Positions 21,849-32,217 of a DNA stretch of 64,000 bases are shown in pieces (positions within the stretch are counted from its first letter, which is position 1; the number at the start of each line of letters is the position of its first letter). The translations under genes were made by a program, and so were the position numbers. Under the pieces are notes generated by a model, which worked only from the letters and a program-made list of their open reading frames with translations, had not been told where the DNA came from and ran no database searches. The stretch is taken from the NCBI GenBank assembly GCA_918797485.1, contig CAKKNE010000006.1, positions 186,001-250,000 on the forward strand, in the 5' to 3' direction. This DNA is from Pelagomonas calceolata. Lineage: Eukaryota.

Positions 21849-24800
21849 ATGGGGCGCCGCCCGACCCTGCTGCTGCTGCTGCTGCTGCTCGGGGCCGCCG
21901 GCGCGTACGACCCCCAGCACTGCCCCCTCGCGGTCGAGTTCTCCTGCCAGGACGGGCAGCCGGCGTACAGCGTGTGCCGCGAGGGGACCTGCACGACCAC
22001 CGCGCTCTACTACGACGGGTCGCAGGACCTCTCGAGCCACGACGCGAGCAAGTGTCGGGAGCATAGCTGCACCTCGCACGATGATGATTGTTGCGGCTAC
22101 GACCACGAAACGTGGTGCGCGGACGGGTACACGCTCGTGCGCGGCAGCGACGGCGGCGGCTGCTGGCCGGGCAACAAGGGGTACCGCTGCCTTCCGCCCG
22201 ACGCGACGCCCGCGCCGACGTCTAGCGCGACGCCCGTGCCGACACAACACACCGTCTTCATCGACGGGACGACGCCCCCGGAAATCGTGCGCGCGTACGA
22301 CGCGACCGCGTACGACGTCTGCGACGCCTGGGGCGAATGCCCGCTCACTCGGGCCGTCTGCGAGAGCGACCCGGAGCTCCGGGACAACTGCGAGTGTGCG
22401 TCCTACGACCCGTGGCGCCCGGACTGCCGCTACGCCTCGTGCGGCCAGTGCAACTGCGACTGGTGGCACGACCCCCTAACAGACGATTGCTGCTCGGCGC
22501 ACTGCTGGCAGGAGTGCTGGGAGGAGGCCTGGCCCGGCAAGGACGGGCTCCCGGGGCCGGGGAACGCCACGCGGAACGCCACGGACCGCGCGACGGGCAC
22601 GACGTGCTTCAACGGCTCGCCGCTCGCCATGGGCGAGACCGTGCTGCGGTGCCCGGCGGGCCAATACGCGCCGCACGAGGGCAGCTGCGTCTGCGTCGCG
22701 GACCAGACGCCGCCCGAGCCGCCGCGCTGCCTGTTACGGGACCACGCGGACGACTGGGAGTGCGAGACGTGGGACGGCGAGGAGCACTGCTGGCACGAGA
22801 CGATGTGGCACGGCTGGGACGTGGACGGCGCGGCGCAGACGTGCGACGCGCTGCGCTGCGACCCCGCCACGGGGACCATCTTCTTCGCGGGCTATTCGAA
22901 ATGGGACCACCACTATCGCGGAGAGGGGCGCCGCAATTCGGACAAGTCCTTCTGGAAGGAGGAGCCGCTCGCGTGCCTCGTGGCGAGGACGGACGGCGTG
23001 TACGCGCGCCAGAGCATCACTCAGGAGCAGGGCAAGTGGGAAGCGTGGATGTGGAAGGAAAGGGGCCACTGGGGGCGCTGGCAGGACGTGGCGTCGCCGC
23101 TGGGCAACGCGAGCTACTACGGCCGCGTCGTGAGGGCGTGCGCCGACGAGTGCGGCGGCTGCGCCGCCATCGCGGCCTCGGCGGAGGAGCTGCGACTACT
23201 GGCGAATTTGGAGCGGGCCTACGGGATGAGCGGCGGCGGGCCCGCCGTCGCGCCGCTGGGCAACGAGGCGGACGCCGCGTGCTTCGGCAAAACCTTCCGG
23301 GCCGGCCATTACCACTATGACGATCAGTGGTTCTGGATCTCGACGGGCCACGCGCTGGTGATCGCGTTGCTGGCGGTCCTGTGCGTCGTGCCGCCGCTGA
23401 CGGCGTGCTGCTCGTCGCACGACTGGTGCCCGTGGTACGGGCCGCTGCAGCGGGCGCGCAACAATTTCGCGGAGCTCTGCCCCGCGCTCGCGAAGTGCCT
23501 GGACTTCTGCTGCGTCGGCGTCTGCAACCGGTGCGACGACTGGCGCAAGCGGTGCTGCAAGTTCTGCTGCCGGTGCTGCCGGCGCGAGAAGCCGTGCCCC
23601 GTCGTCGCCGCGTCCGGCGCCGTCGAGCTCGCCCCGCTCCACCTCGAGGTCGTCGCGGCCGGCCCGCCGGGCACGGCGATGGCCGTGCCGCTGCCCGGCG
23701 GCGGCGCCGTCCAGGTGGCGGTGCCGGAGGGCCTGGCCGCGGGCGCGACGTTCGCCGTCGCCGTGCCGGTCACGGAGCAGCCCGTGGCCGCCGCGCCGCC
23801 GCCGCCGCGGCAGCTCGACGACACGCTCGAGGTCGTGGCGCGGCCGCGGTCCGTGCTGAGGCAGGTACGGCTCGTGCTCTGGAAGCAGCTGCGGGTTAAA
23901 TATAGAAGCCCCTTCGCGATCCTGGCGCAGCTCCTCTTCCCGGCCCTCTGGTTCGTCTTCATCTGGATGCTCTACATCTTCATGGCGCGCACGTTCCTTA
24001 GCTACAACCTGCGCTGGAACAAGGACCACTACAACTTCGCCTGCAAGCGCTCGGCCGCGCGGACCAATACAACTTCGACCCGGGCCAAGGGCCGCATGGG
24101 GTCGCGCGAGCGGGGCGACTACATCTCGCACGGCTACCTGGAGAACTACCTCGCGCCGATCGCCTTCGTGCCCTTCCTCCAGGTCGTCGTGGTGGGCGTC
24201 GTGGTCGAGCACCGCGACAAGCTCGTCGAGGCGATGCGCATGGCCGGCCTCAAGCCGGTCTCCTACTGGTCGGCCACGTTCATCTTCGAGGCGCTGATCA
24301 CGGGCTTCTGGAGCGCGTTCCTCGTCGCGTGCGTCGCCGTCGGCGGCCTGTTCAACGCCGCGGGCCACCACGACGACCCCTTCGGCATCCTGCTGGCGCT
24401 GCACTACGTCTACATCATCGTGTTGGTATCTCAAAGCTTCGCGGCGACGATGCTGCCCGTCCTCCGGTCGCCGACGACCGCGGCCCTGTACGCGCTGATC
24501 GCCCAGGTCGGCTGCCTCGCGTGCTACAACGTCATGGTCGTCCGGAAGGAGGTGACGTACAAGCGCACGAAGAAGAAGGTCACGCGCAAGGTCTACCCGC
24601 TCTTCGAGGCGTCCGTCGAGTCGCAGCGCGCCGCGTCCGTGGTGCCGCAGCTCGGCTACTCGCTCCTCGTGGACTCCTTCCGGTCGCATCGCGTGCACAA
24701 GTGCGAGGTCTCGGCCGGGTACCAGGGCGAGGTCTGGCGGTCGCAGCTCATGAAGTGCGGCTGGCGCGTCGACCGGACCTGGAGTTCCGTCGCCGCGTGG

Positions 24801-27800
24801 AAGAACCTCACGGTCCCAGGCGACCCGCTGACTCCGTGGTGCCCCGGGTTCGGGGAAGACGACGGCGACGACGACGACGACGAGCGCCGGCGGCGCCTCG
24901 ACGAGGAAGACGACGGGGCGGAGCAGGTGTGCGAGCGCCGGCGGCGCCTCGTCGACGCGGACGACGACGACGATCTCGACGACAACGACCGCGAGGTCTG
25001 CCCGAACCCGACGTGCCCCGACGGCAGCGCCGCGACGTGCTGCGACACCGCCGATGGAGACTGCGACGACGGCGACGACGACTGGTGCTGTGGCACCGAC
25101 TTCCTGTGCACGAACGATTCGCCGGACTGGGCCGCGCACCAGGGCGGCGTGCTCTGCTGCTCGCTCGGCCACGCGCCGACGACGCCGAAGACGTGGCCCG
25201 GCACGACCGGCTGGTGCCGGTCCGAGCTCGACTTCGAGATCGGCAATTACAACGGCACCGAGTGCTGGGCGGCATGCGAAGCGATGTTCGGCGCCGAACT
25301 CGTGGCCGTCGACTGGGACGCCACCGATTGCTACTGCCAGGACGCCTGCCTGTGCATGGACGACCACCTCGACCCCGGCGTGGGCCTCGCGACGCGCGCT
25401 TCGCTCGCGACGCTCCCGGACCAGTGCGCCTACGACTTCTGCAAGGTCGAGGTCCGGAGCGAGTACCCGCCCTTCTACGGCGTTACGGACACCGGCCAGG
25501 GCCCGCGGCCGCGCGACGCGTGGACCGGCGGCATCTACGGCATGCTCCTCCTCGACGTCGTGCTGTACGCCCTGGTGGCGTGGTACCTCTCCCAGGTCTT
25601 CTCGGCCGAGGGCGCGTCGAAGAAGTGGTACTTTCCGTTCCTGCCCTCGACCTACGGCTTCGGGCGCGAGGAGGCGCGGGGCGCGGACGTGAGCGAAGAG
25701 GACGCGAACCCGATGCTCGCCGCGGAGGAGGACGAGGACGACGCCGACGCCGAGGCCAAGTTCGACCCGCGGCCGCCGGGCTTCAGGGCGAGCATCGACG
25801 TGCGGCGCCTCTCGAAGACCTTCGGGACGCACCGGGCCGTGGACGGCGTCTCGCTCCAGCTCGCCGATTCCGAGATTTTTTGTTTGTTGGGCCACAACGG
25901 CGCGGGCAAGACGACGACGATCGGAGTACTTACCGGTCTGCTCGACCCGGACTACACGACGCGGGGCATCGCCGCGTTCGGGCGCGACGTCCTGGCGGAG
26001 GGCGGCATGGACTTCCTGCGGGCCACGCTGGGCGTGTGCCCGCAGCACGACGTCCTCTTCCCGCGGCTGACGTGCCGCGAGCACGTCAAGTTCTTCTCCA
26101 TGCTCAAGGGCAAGAGTGCGGAGCGGGCGGCGCGCGACGCGGACGCGCTGCTGGACGTGTTCCACCTCAAGGACCGCGGGCGCCACCTCGGGTCCGAATT
26201 ATCCGGCGGCCAGAAGCGCAAGCTGTCCGTGTCCATCGCGCTGTCGGGGTCGTCGAAATTCATTGTGTTAGATGAGCCGACGGCGGGCATGGACCCCGTG
26301 GCGCGGCGGGAGTTCTGGTCGCTGCTGCGCGGCGTTCGCGAGAACCGCTGCCTGCTGCTGACGACGCACCACATGGAGGAGGCCGAGGCCCTGGGGGATC
26401 GCGTCGCGATCATGGCCGCCGGGTCGGTGCGGTGCGAGGGCTCCGTGGCCTTCCTGACGCGGCGCTTCGGCGCGGGCTACACGCTCAAGGTGGACCCGAT
26501 GAACGACGCGGCCGCGAACGCGCTGGCCAAGGCGGGCTCGTCGGCCACGGCGTCGGGGGGCCACCAGATCCCCATCAAATCGGCCGTGGCGCCCCTGCTG
26601 GCGGAGCTCGACGCCGCCGGCGTGAGCTACGAGGCGTCGGGCACGACGCTCGAGGACGTGTTTCTGGCGGTCGGCGAAGATGAAGTGGCACACAACGTCG
26701 GCGCGGTCAAGGACTGGAGCCAGGGCTCGGTGCGCGCCGGCGAGATGGTGAGCGCGGCGCCGAAGCTGTCCGAGGAGCGGCCGGGCTTCGAGGGCCACTT
26801 CCGCGCGGTCTTCACCAAACGCCTGAAGCTTGTGATGAACGACCTGCGCCTGTTCCTGGTGCCCGTGCGCTGGGTCCTGGCGATCTTGCGGGACTTCGAG
26901 GTCGAGGGCGCGGCGCGGCTCCTGGAGAAGCTCGGGCCGCACGGCGGCGGCGCGCGGGGCGTCGTGCTGCTCCTCCTGCCGGGGCTCTGCTCGGTCATCA
27001 TCTGCGCGCTCTACCGGGATAAAAAATTAGTGAGCAAGTCGCGGCACCACGCGGACGACCTGGCGAACTTTTACGTGGCGGTGTGCCTCGCCGGCTCCAG
27101 TATTTTCGTGGCGGGCATCGTGGCGGACTGTGTGGAAATCAAAACTTACGGCGCGTTCGTGCTGAATCATCGCGTCGTCCTCCACGCCATCGACGCGCCG
27201 CCTGCTCGATGGCGTGGCGGTGCCGGTTCCTCACCGCTCGACCGAGCCATGACGGCCGCGTCGTCGCCGAGAAACGACTTAGTGAAGAATTGTCGGGTGC
27301 ACCCGACGCACTGGTTGATTTCCACACAGGTGGCGGAGCCGCTGGTGCGGGAGCGGGCGCGCCGGCTGCGGAACCTGCTCTCGGTCAGCGGGCTCGACGC
27401 GAGGGCCTACTGGCTCGGGACGGCAGCCGCGGACTACGCGATTTTATTTGTGGGCGTCGTCGTCACGCTCATCGCGCTGAAGAGCGGGAGCGTCGCGCGC
27501 AAGGCCGACTCGAGCCACAAGCTGTGCATAAGTCAAATCCTCACGGCACGTTCGGAGGTGCCGGCTCCTCGCCGCTCGACGGAGCCAGCACGGCCGCGTT
27601 CTCGTCGAGAAAGGACTTAGTGAAGAATTATCGGTGCACCCGACTCACTGGTTGATTTACGCACAGGACCCAAGCACTTCCACAAGGACTACACGAAGCG
27701 GGAGCTCTGGGTCGAGGACGAGTGGGTCGTCTTCGTGCTGATTCTCGCGCCGCTGGCCGTCGTCGCCTTCGGCCACGCCGGCAGCCACGCCTTCAGCGAG

Positions 27801-30243
27801 CCCGTGATGACGCTGGCGGGGTTCCCGGTGATCAGCATCGCGCTCCTCGTGGCGCCCCTGGTGGTGGCGCTCATGGTCTGGATGCTCTTCGGGGGCGTGC
27901 TCATCCCGCGGAAGCGCGCGCCGGCGCTGAAGCAAATTAATCTCAACTTCTTCGAGCTCCAGGCGACGTACGCGTGGCTCTGCACGCTGGCGTCGCCCGC
28001 GGGGGCCCTGCTCATGGCGATGCTGAACGCGGCCAAGATCCGGCTCCTGCCGGTGCGCGGGTCGGGCTTCGGCAAGGCGTTCCTGGGCGACCCGGACCGG
28101 AGGATCGAGACCGTGCCCGGCGGCGGGGCGCAGACGTCGGCGCCAGGCGCGATGGACGTCGTCTGGCCGCCGATGTGGGCGTCGCTCTTCGTGCTGCTCC
28201 TGCACGTGCTGGTGTTCGGCGCCATCGCCTACGCCGTCGACCGCATGGCCACGCGGCCGCTGCCCTTCAAGAAGGCCAAGCTTTCCAGGCGGCGGCGGGC
28301 GAATCTGGATCCCGACGTCATGGCTGAGCGCCGGCGGACCCTCGCCCTCCTGGTCGGCCACGCCGCGGAGGCGGCGGGAGACGGCACGGAGGTGGAGGTC
28401 GTGGAGACGGAGGCGGCGCTTCCACCAAAGCCGACGCCGCCGTGGCGGCGCGTCGCGCAGCGCGTCGCGGACCGGCTGGCGGCCAAGGTCCGGGCCGTCC
28501 GGGCGGCGATGACGAACCGCCTCTCGCAAAATGAAGACAGGGCCCCGGACCTGAAGAGCGCGTGGCCCGGCCTCGGCGCCTTCGAGCTGCGGAAGATCTA
28601 CCCGCCGCAGCGATTCGGCGCCAAGGCCGTGGAGGCGGTGCAGAACCTGACGTTCTCCGTGGCGCCGGGCGAGGTCTTCGGGTTGCTGGGCGCGAACGGC
28701 GCGGGCAAGTCGACGTCGATCAGCATGATCGTGCGGGCGGTCGAGCCCCATAGCGGTCACGCGACGGTGTCGGGCAAGTCGGTGCTCGACGATTTCGCGG
28801 GCGCGAGCCGCGGTTTAGGAGTTGTGAACCAGCACAACACGCTCTGGGACGACCTGTCCTGTTTGGACCATTTGCTCTTCTTCGCCGCGCTGCGGACGAA
28901 GGTCGGGCACGAGCGCATCGCGTTGACGACGCTCGCGCAGCTGGAGCTGAGTCATCATGCTCACAAGATGGCCGGCCGCCTGTCGGGAGGCATGAAGCGC
29001 AAGCTGTGCTGCGCCGTCGCGCTGGTCGGCGACCCGCACGTTGTTCTGCTGGATGAACCGTCGGCGGGCTTGGACCCCGTCTCGCAGCGGAACCTCTGGA
29101 ACCTGATCAAGTCGACGATGACGGGGCGGGCGGTGCTCCTGACGACGCATTCGATGCTCGAGGCGGACGCCCTATGCGACCGCATCGGCATCCAGGTCCG
29201 GGGCCAGTTCCACTGCGTTGGCAGCTGTGCATAAATCAAATTGTCGCGGCGCGTCCGCCACTGCTATCTTCATGGCCTCCACGCCATCGACGCGTGCATC
29301 CGACTGACTGGTTGATTTGTGCACAGGTCGGCAGTCCGCAGCACTTGAAAGATCGGTACGCGTCGGGCTACGAGCTCGTCGCGTACCTCGAGACCGAAGA
29401 CCACGAACCAGCGCTCGGCGCGTATCTCCGGTCCAAACTCGAGGCGGCGGGCTGCGGCTGCGCGCTCGCCGGGCTCGCCGCGGGCGTCGCGACCTACGAG
29501 CTGCAGGGCGAGCGGCCCCTGAAGCACGCCTTCGCGTGCCTCGAGGACGCCGACGCGCGGGCGCGGCTGGGCGTCCGCAGCTTCCGGGTGGACCGCGCGT
29601 CGATGGAGAAGGTCTTCATCCGCATCGTGGGCGAGGGCGGCGACGAGGACCTGGACACGGACGCGACGAACGCCATGGGCCGCTCGGTGGCGCAGGCGCT
29701 CCAGGACGACCAGGAGGAGGATTTAGAGTTGGCGCGGGACCTCGCAGCCGTCGGCTTCGACGAACCGCGGGACTGCTGCGGCATCCTGACGCGGTTCGGC
29801 CACGCGTCGTTGGCGCGGTACTCGTGCGCCATGTGCTGCGGCACCTACGTCTACTGGTGCATGGGCCTTTTTATTCAGGGCATCATTCCGTGGCTATTCT
29901 GCTGCTGGTTCTGCGAGCTCTGGTGTGTCTGCGGCGTTTGGCACTGGATTTGCTGCTGTTTCGCGCTGCGTGGAAATCAAAATTTTACGGCGCGTTCGTG
30001 CTGAATCATCGCGTCGTCCTCCACGCCATCGACGCGACGCCGGCTCGATGGCGTGGCGATGTCGGTTCCTCGCCGCTCGAGGGAGCCAGGACGGTCGCCG
30101 TCGCCGAGAAATGACTCCGGTTCCACACAGGCTTCACGAAAAATCCCGACGGAAAGAAGACGTCGTGGGCGTCGCTCTGCTCGCAGCTCTGCTGCGTCAT
30201 CACGCCGTTCCTGATCATGGTCATAGTCGTTATGCTCATCTGA
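21849..30243 (+). CDS. Full-size ABCA transporter (~2580 aa) with signal peptide and Cys-rich ectodomains; introns 27120-27329, 27514-27666, 29217-29326, 29958-30130
   Basis: Two NBDs (LLGHNGAGKTT/LSGGQKRKL/LDEPTAGMDP; LLGANGAGKST/LSGGMKRKL/LDEPSAGLDP, TTHSMLEAD); removing four introners gives a 7749-nt open frame ending TGA 30241-30243. Confidence 0.9.
27128..27329 (+). mobile_element. Introner element, longest subfamily-A copy; perfect TSD gtggcgga
   Basis: TIR ctgtgtggaaatcaa...ttgatttccacacag; 8/8 TSD (27120-27127, 27330-27337). Confidence 0.95.
27522..27666 (+). mobile_element. Introner element (ctgtgcataa variant TIR); TSD gccacaag/gacccaag, GC donor
   Basis: ctgtgcataagtcaa...ttgatttacgcacag; 6/8 TSD; frame restored. 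Confidence 0.88.
29225..29326 (+). mobile_element. Introner element (ctgtgcataa variant TIR); TSD gttggcag/gtcggcag
   Basis: ctgtgcataaatcaa...ttgatttgtgcacag; 7/8 TSD; restores HC|VGSPQHLK. Confidence 0.92.
29966..30130 (+). mobile_element. Introner element; TSD gtttcgcg/gcttcacg
   Basis: ctgcgtggaaatcaa...gttccacacag; 6/8 TSD; frame restored to a hydrophobic C-terminus. Confidence 0.9.
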
Positions 30244-30295
30244 TAGCTCTTCCCCCCCACGTCGACCCCCTCCTCCTAACACAACTTGCTAGTTA

Positions 30296-31813
30296 CTACC
30301 AGGCCTCGTCCTGCTCGTGGAGAGACGTCGCGAGGCTCATCGGCGCCGCGTCGTCGTCCGACGACCCCGACTCGTCGTCCGACGAGGACGAGGAGGACTC
30401 CTCGGCTTCGGCGGCGGCCCACTCGCGGAAGAGCGCCGCGACGGCGGCCTTCGTCCGCGGCAGGCGGCAGGGGTCGAAGGGGAAGAAGAGGCCGTCGTCC
30501 GCCGCCTCCGTCGCATCCCGGCGCGCCTCGCGCACGCGCGCCGCCGCCGCGCGCGACAGGAAGGGCGGCTCGCGCGCCGCCACCCGCGCGAACTCGCCCA
30601 GCAGCCGCGCGCGGCAGCCCCGCAGCGCGTCGAGCGCCGCGGGCGCTCTGATACCCAACGCCGCGTCCCAGCTTTTCGGCGCGCAGACCGCGTCGCAGCG
30701 CGCGTCCCAGCCGCGCCTTCCTAAAATCTCCTCGCCGCGGAACGCAAACACATAAAGCAGCCCGCGCGCCGCGTCGACGTGCCGTTTAGCAGCGAGGTGC
30801 TTGTCGCCCGCTTCGAAGAGCTCGCGGCACCGTCGACACCGCTCGAAGAGCGTCGCGCACGCTAAAGCTACGAGGCCCGCGTCGACGACGGCCGCGCGGC
30901 AGACGAAGGAGCTCAGGTAGGCGATGGCCGCGGTCCGCCGCGCGTCGGCCGTCGCCTCGTCGCTCACGAGGGACGACAGCGTCCGGCAGAAGGCCGCCGC
31001 CCTCGTGGGCGTCGGCGCGGCCGCGGCGAAGACGACGAAGGGCGCGGTCTGCGCCCGCGGCGTCGCCAGGCAGGGCCCGAGCGTCGCCTGGAGCAGCAAC
31101 TCGGCGTCGGCATCTGATACGCAGGTCTTGGCGACGTAGGCGATGAGGCGGGATACGACTTTGTCCGCGGCCGCGTCCTTGGCCGCGTCCTCGTCCATCG
31201 CGAAAACCTGCTGCGCCGCCGCGCAATCCAAAGCAAGGGCGCGCTCGACGCACGTCGTCAGCAAGGGCCCCCGGTCGTCGCAGCACCGGAGCGCGTCTAT
31301 CACAAAACGCGTATACCCGTCGTGCGTCTCTTCACCAGCATTGACGTAGGGCCAGGCCTTCCTTACCGATGACGTCACCTCGGCGCGGCCCTGCGGGCAC
31401 CGCTCGACGACGTCCGCGAGGCATTGCGCGAGCCCCGTCCTCATTACATCGTCGGCGTCGGCCGCGGCGGCGCGAGCGATGCCGTCGAGCGCGTCCTTGA
31501 CTCGGGTGGCGTTCGCGCTCACGACCTCTCTGAGGCAAAAGGCCCGCTCCGCGAGCAGGCCGTCGCCCTGACTGATAGAGTCGCAGAGCGCCCTCCAGAG
31601 GCGCGCGTGGCGGTCCTCGGCGAGCGCGGGCGCGCGCGCCGCGAGCGCTTTCAGAATCTTGCGCGCGGCGGCCAGGCCCTCGGCGGTCTCGGCGTCGTCC
31701 CGGAGCGCCGTGATCAGGCCGCGGTACAGTCGGCCCGTCGGCTGCTCCGCTCCTAAAACCTTGTCGACGAGGGCCTCCTCGGGCGACGCGGCCTGCTGCT
31801 GCAGGGCGGCCAT
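30296..31813 (-). CDS. RRN3: RNA polymerase I transcription initiation factor RRN3/TIF-IA
   Basis: AIAYLSSFVCRA, LLYVFAFR, FFPFDPCRLP followed by an acidic tail. Confidence 0.8.
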   Translation of the reverse strand: MAALQQQAASPEEALVDKVLGAEQPTGRLYRGLITALRDDAETAEGLAAARKILKALAARAPALAEDRHARLWRALCDSISQGDGLLAERAFCLREVVSANATRVKDALDGIARAAAADADDVMRTGLAQCLADVVERCPQGRAEVTSSVRKAWPYVNAGEETHDGYTRFVIDALRCCDDRGPLLTTCVERALALDCAAAQQVFAMDEDAAKDAAADKVVSRLIAYVAKTCVSDADAELLLQATLGPCLATPRAQTAPFVVFAAAAPTPTRAAAFCRTLSSLVSDEATADARRTAAIAYLSSFVCRAAVVDAGLVALACATLFERCRRCRELFEAGDKHLAAKRHVDAARGLLYVFAFRGEEILGRRGWDARCDAVCAPKSWDAALGIRAPAALDALRGCRARLLGEFARVAAREPPFLSRAAAARVREARRDATEAADDGLFFPFDPCRLPRTKAAVAALFREWAAAEAEESSSSSSDDESGSSDDDAAPMSLATSLHEQDEAW

Positions 31814-32217
31814 TGCAGCCTTGCGCGTGATAGCGATGGCTGACCAGGCCTGCAAAAGCAGCAACCAGGCCTTCACACAGCTGCAGCTGGCGGAGACGAC
31901 TCCTGCAGAGAGAAAAAGCTTCCAGAAGGGCGCAAAGCCAGCCCGCAACAACTTTTTACAGCCGTATAGTTGCTGCAGGACTTTGCCCACCTGGAATTAG
32001 CTAGCGGCCAGTAAGACACTAGCACCAGTTTGCCCTTTGACAGATGGACGCACGTCGTCGTACCGCCCTCGTAGGCGAGTAAGAGCGCAAAGGATGCGCG
32101 GCTTTCGGTGTCGCGTCGATGGCGTCCCCGCACACGGGTACGGCTTCCAGCAGCAGCGGCGTGTAAGACACTACATGTTCGTCCCTGGCTTGTATTGAGC
32201 TAGACATAACAGCAACT

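Noticed and set aside
24022..24085. Near-duplicate gacca(c/a)tacaacttcg in a shifted frame within ABCA
   Set aside because: Could be compensating indels or assembly error; the frame stays open and it cannot be resolved without reads
27128..27329. Group II or other self-splicing intron
   Set aside because: Too short, GT/GC-AG ends, TIR+TSD structure and both orientations fit DNA-transposon-derived spliceosomal introns
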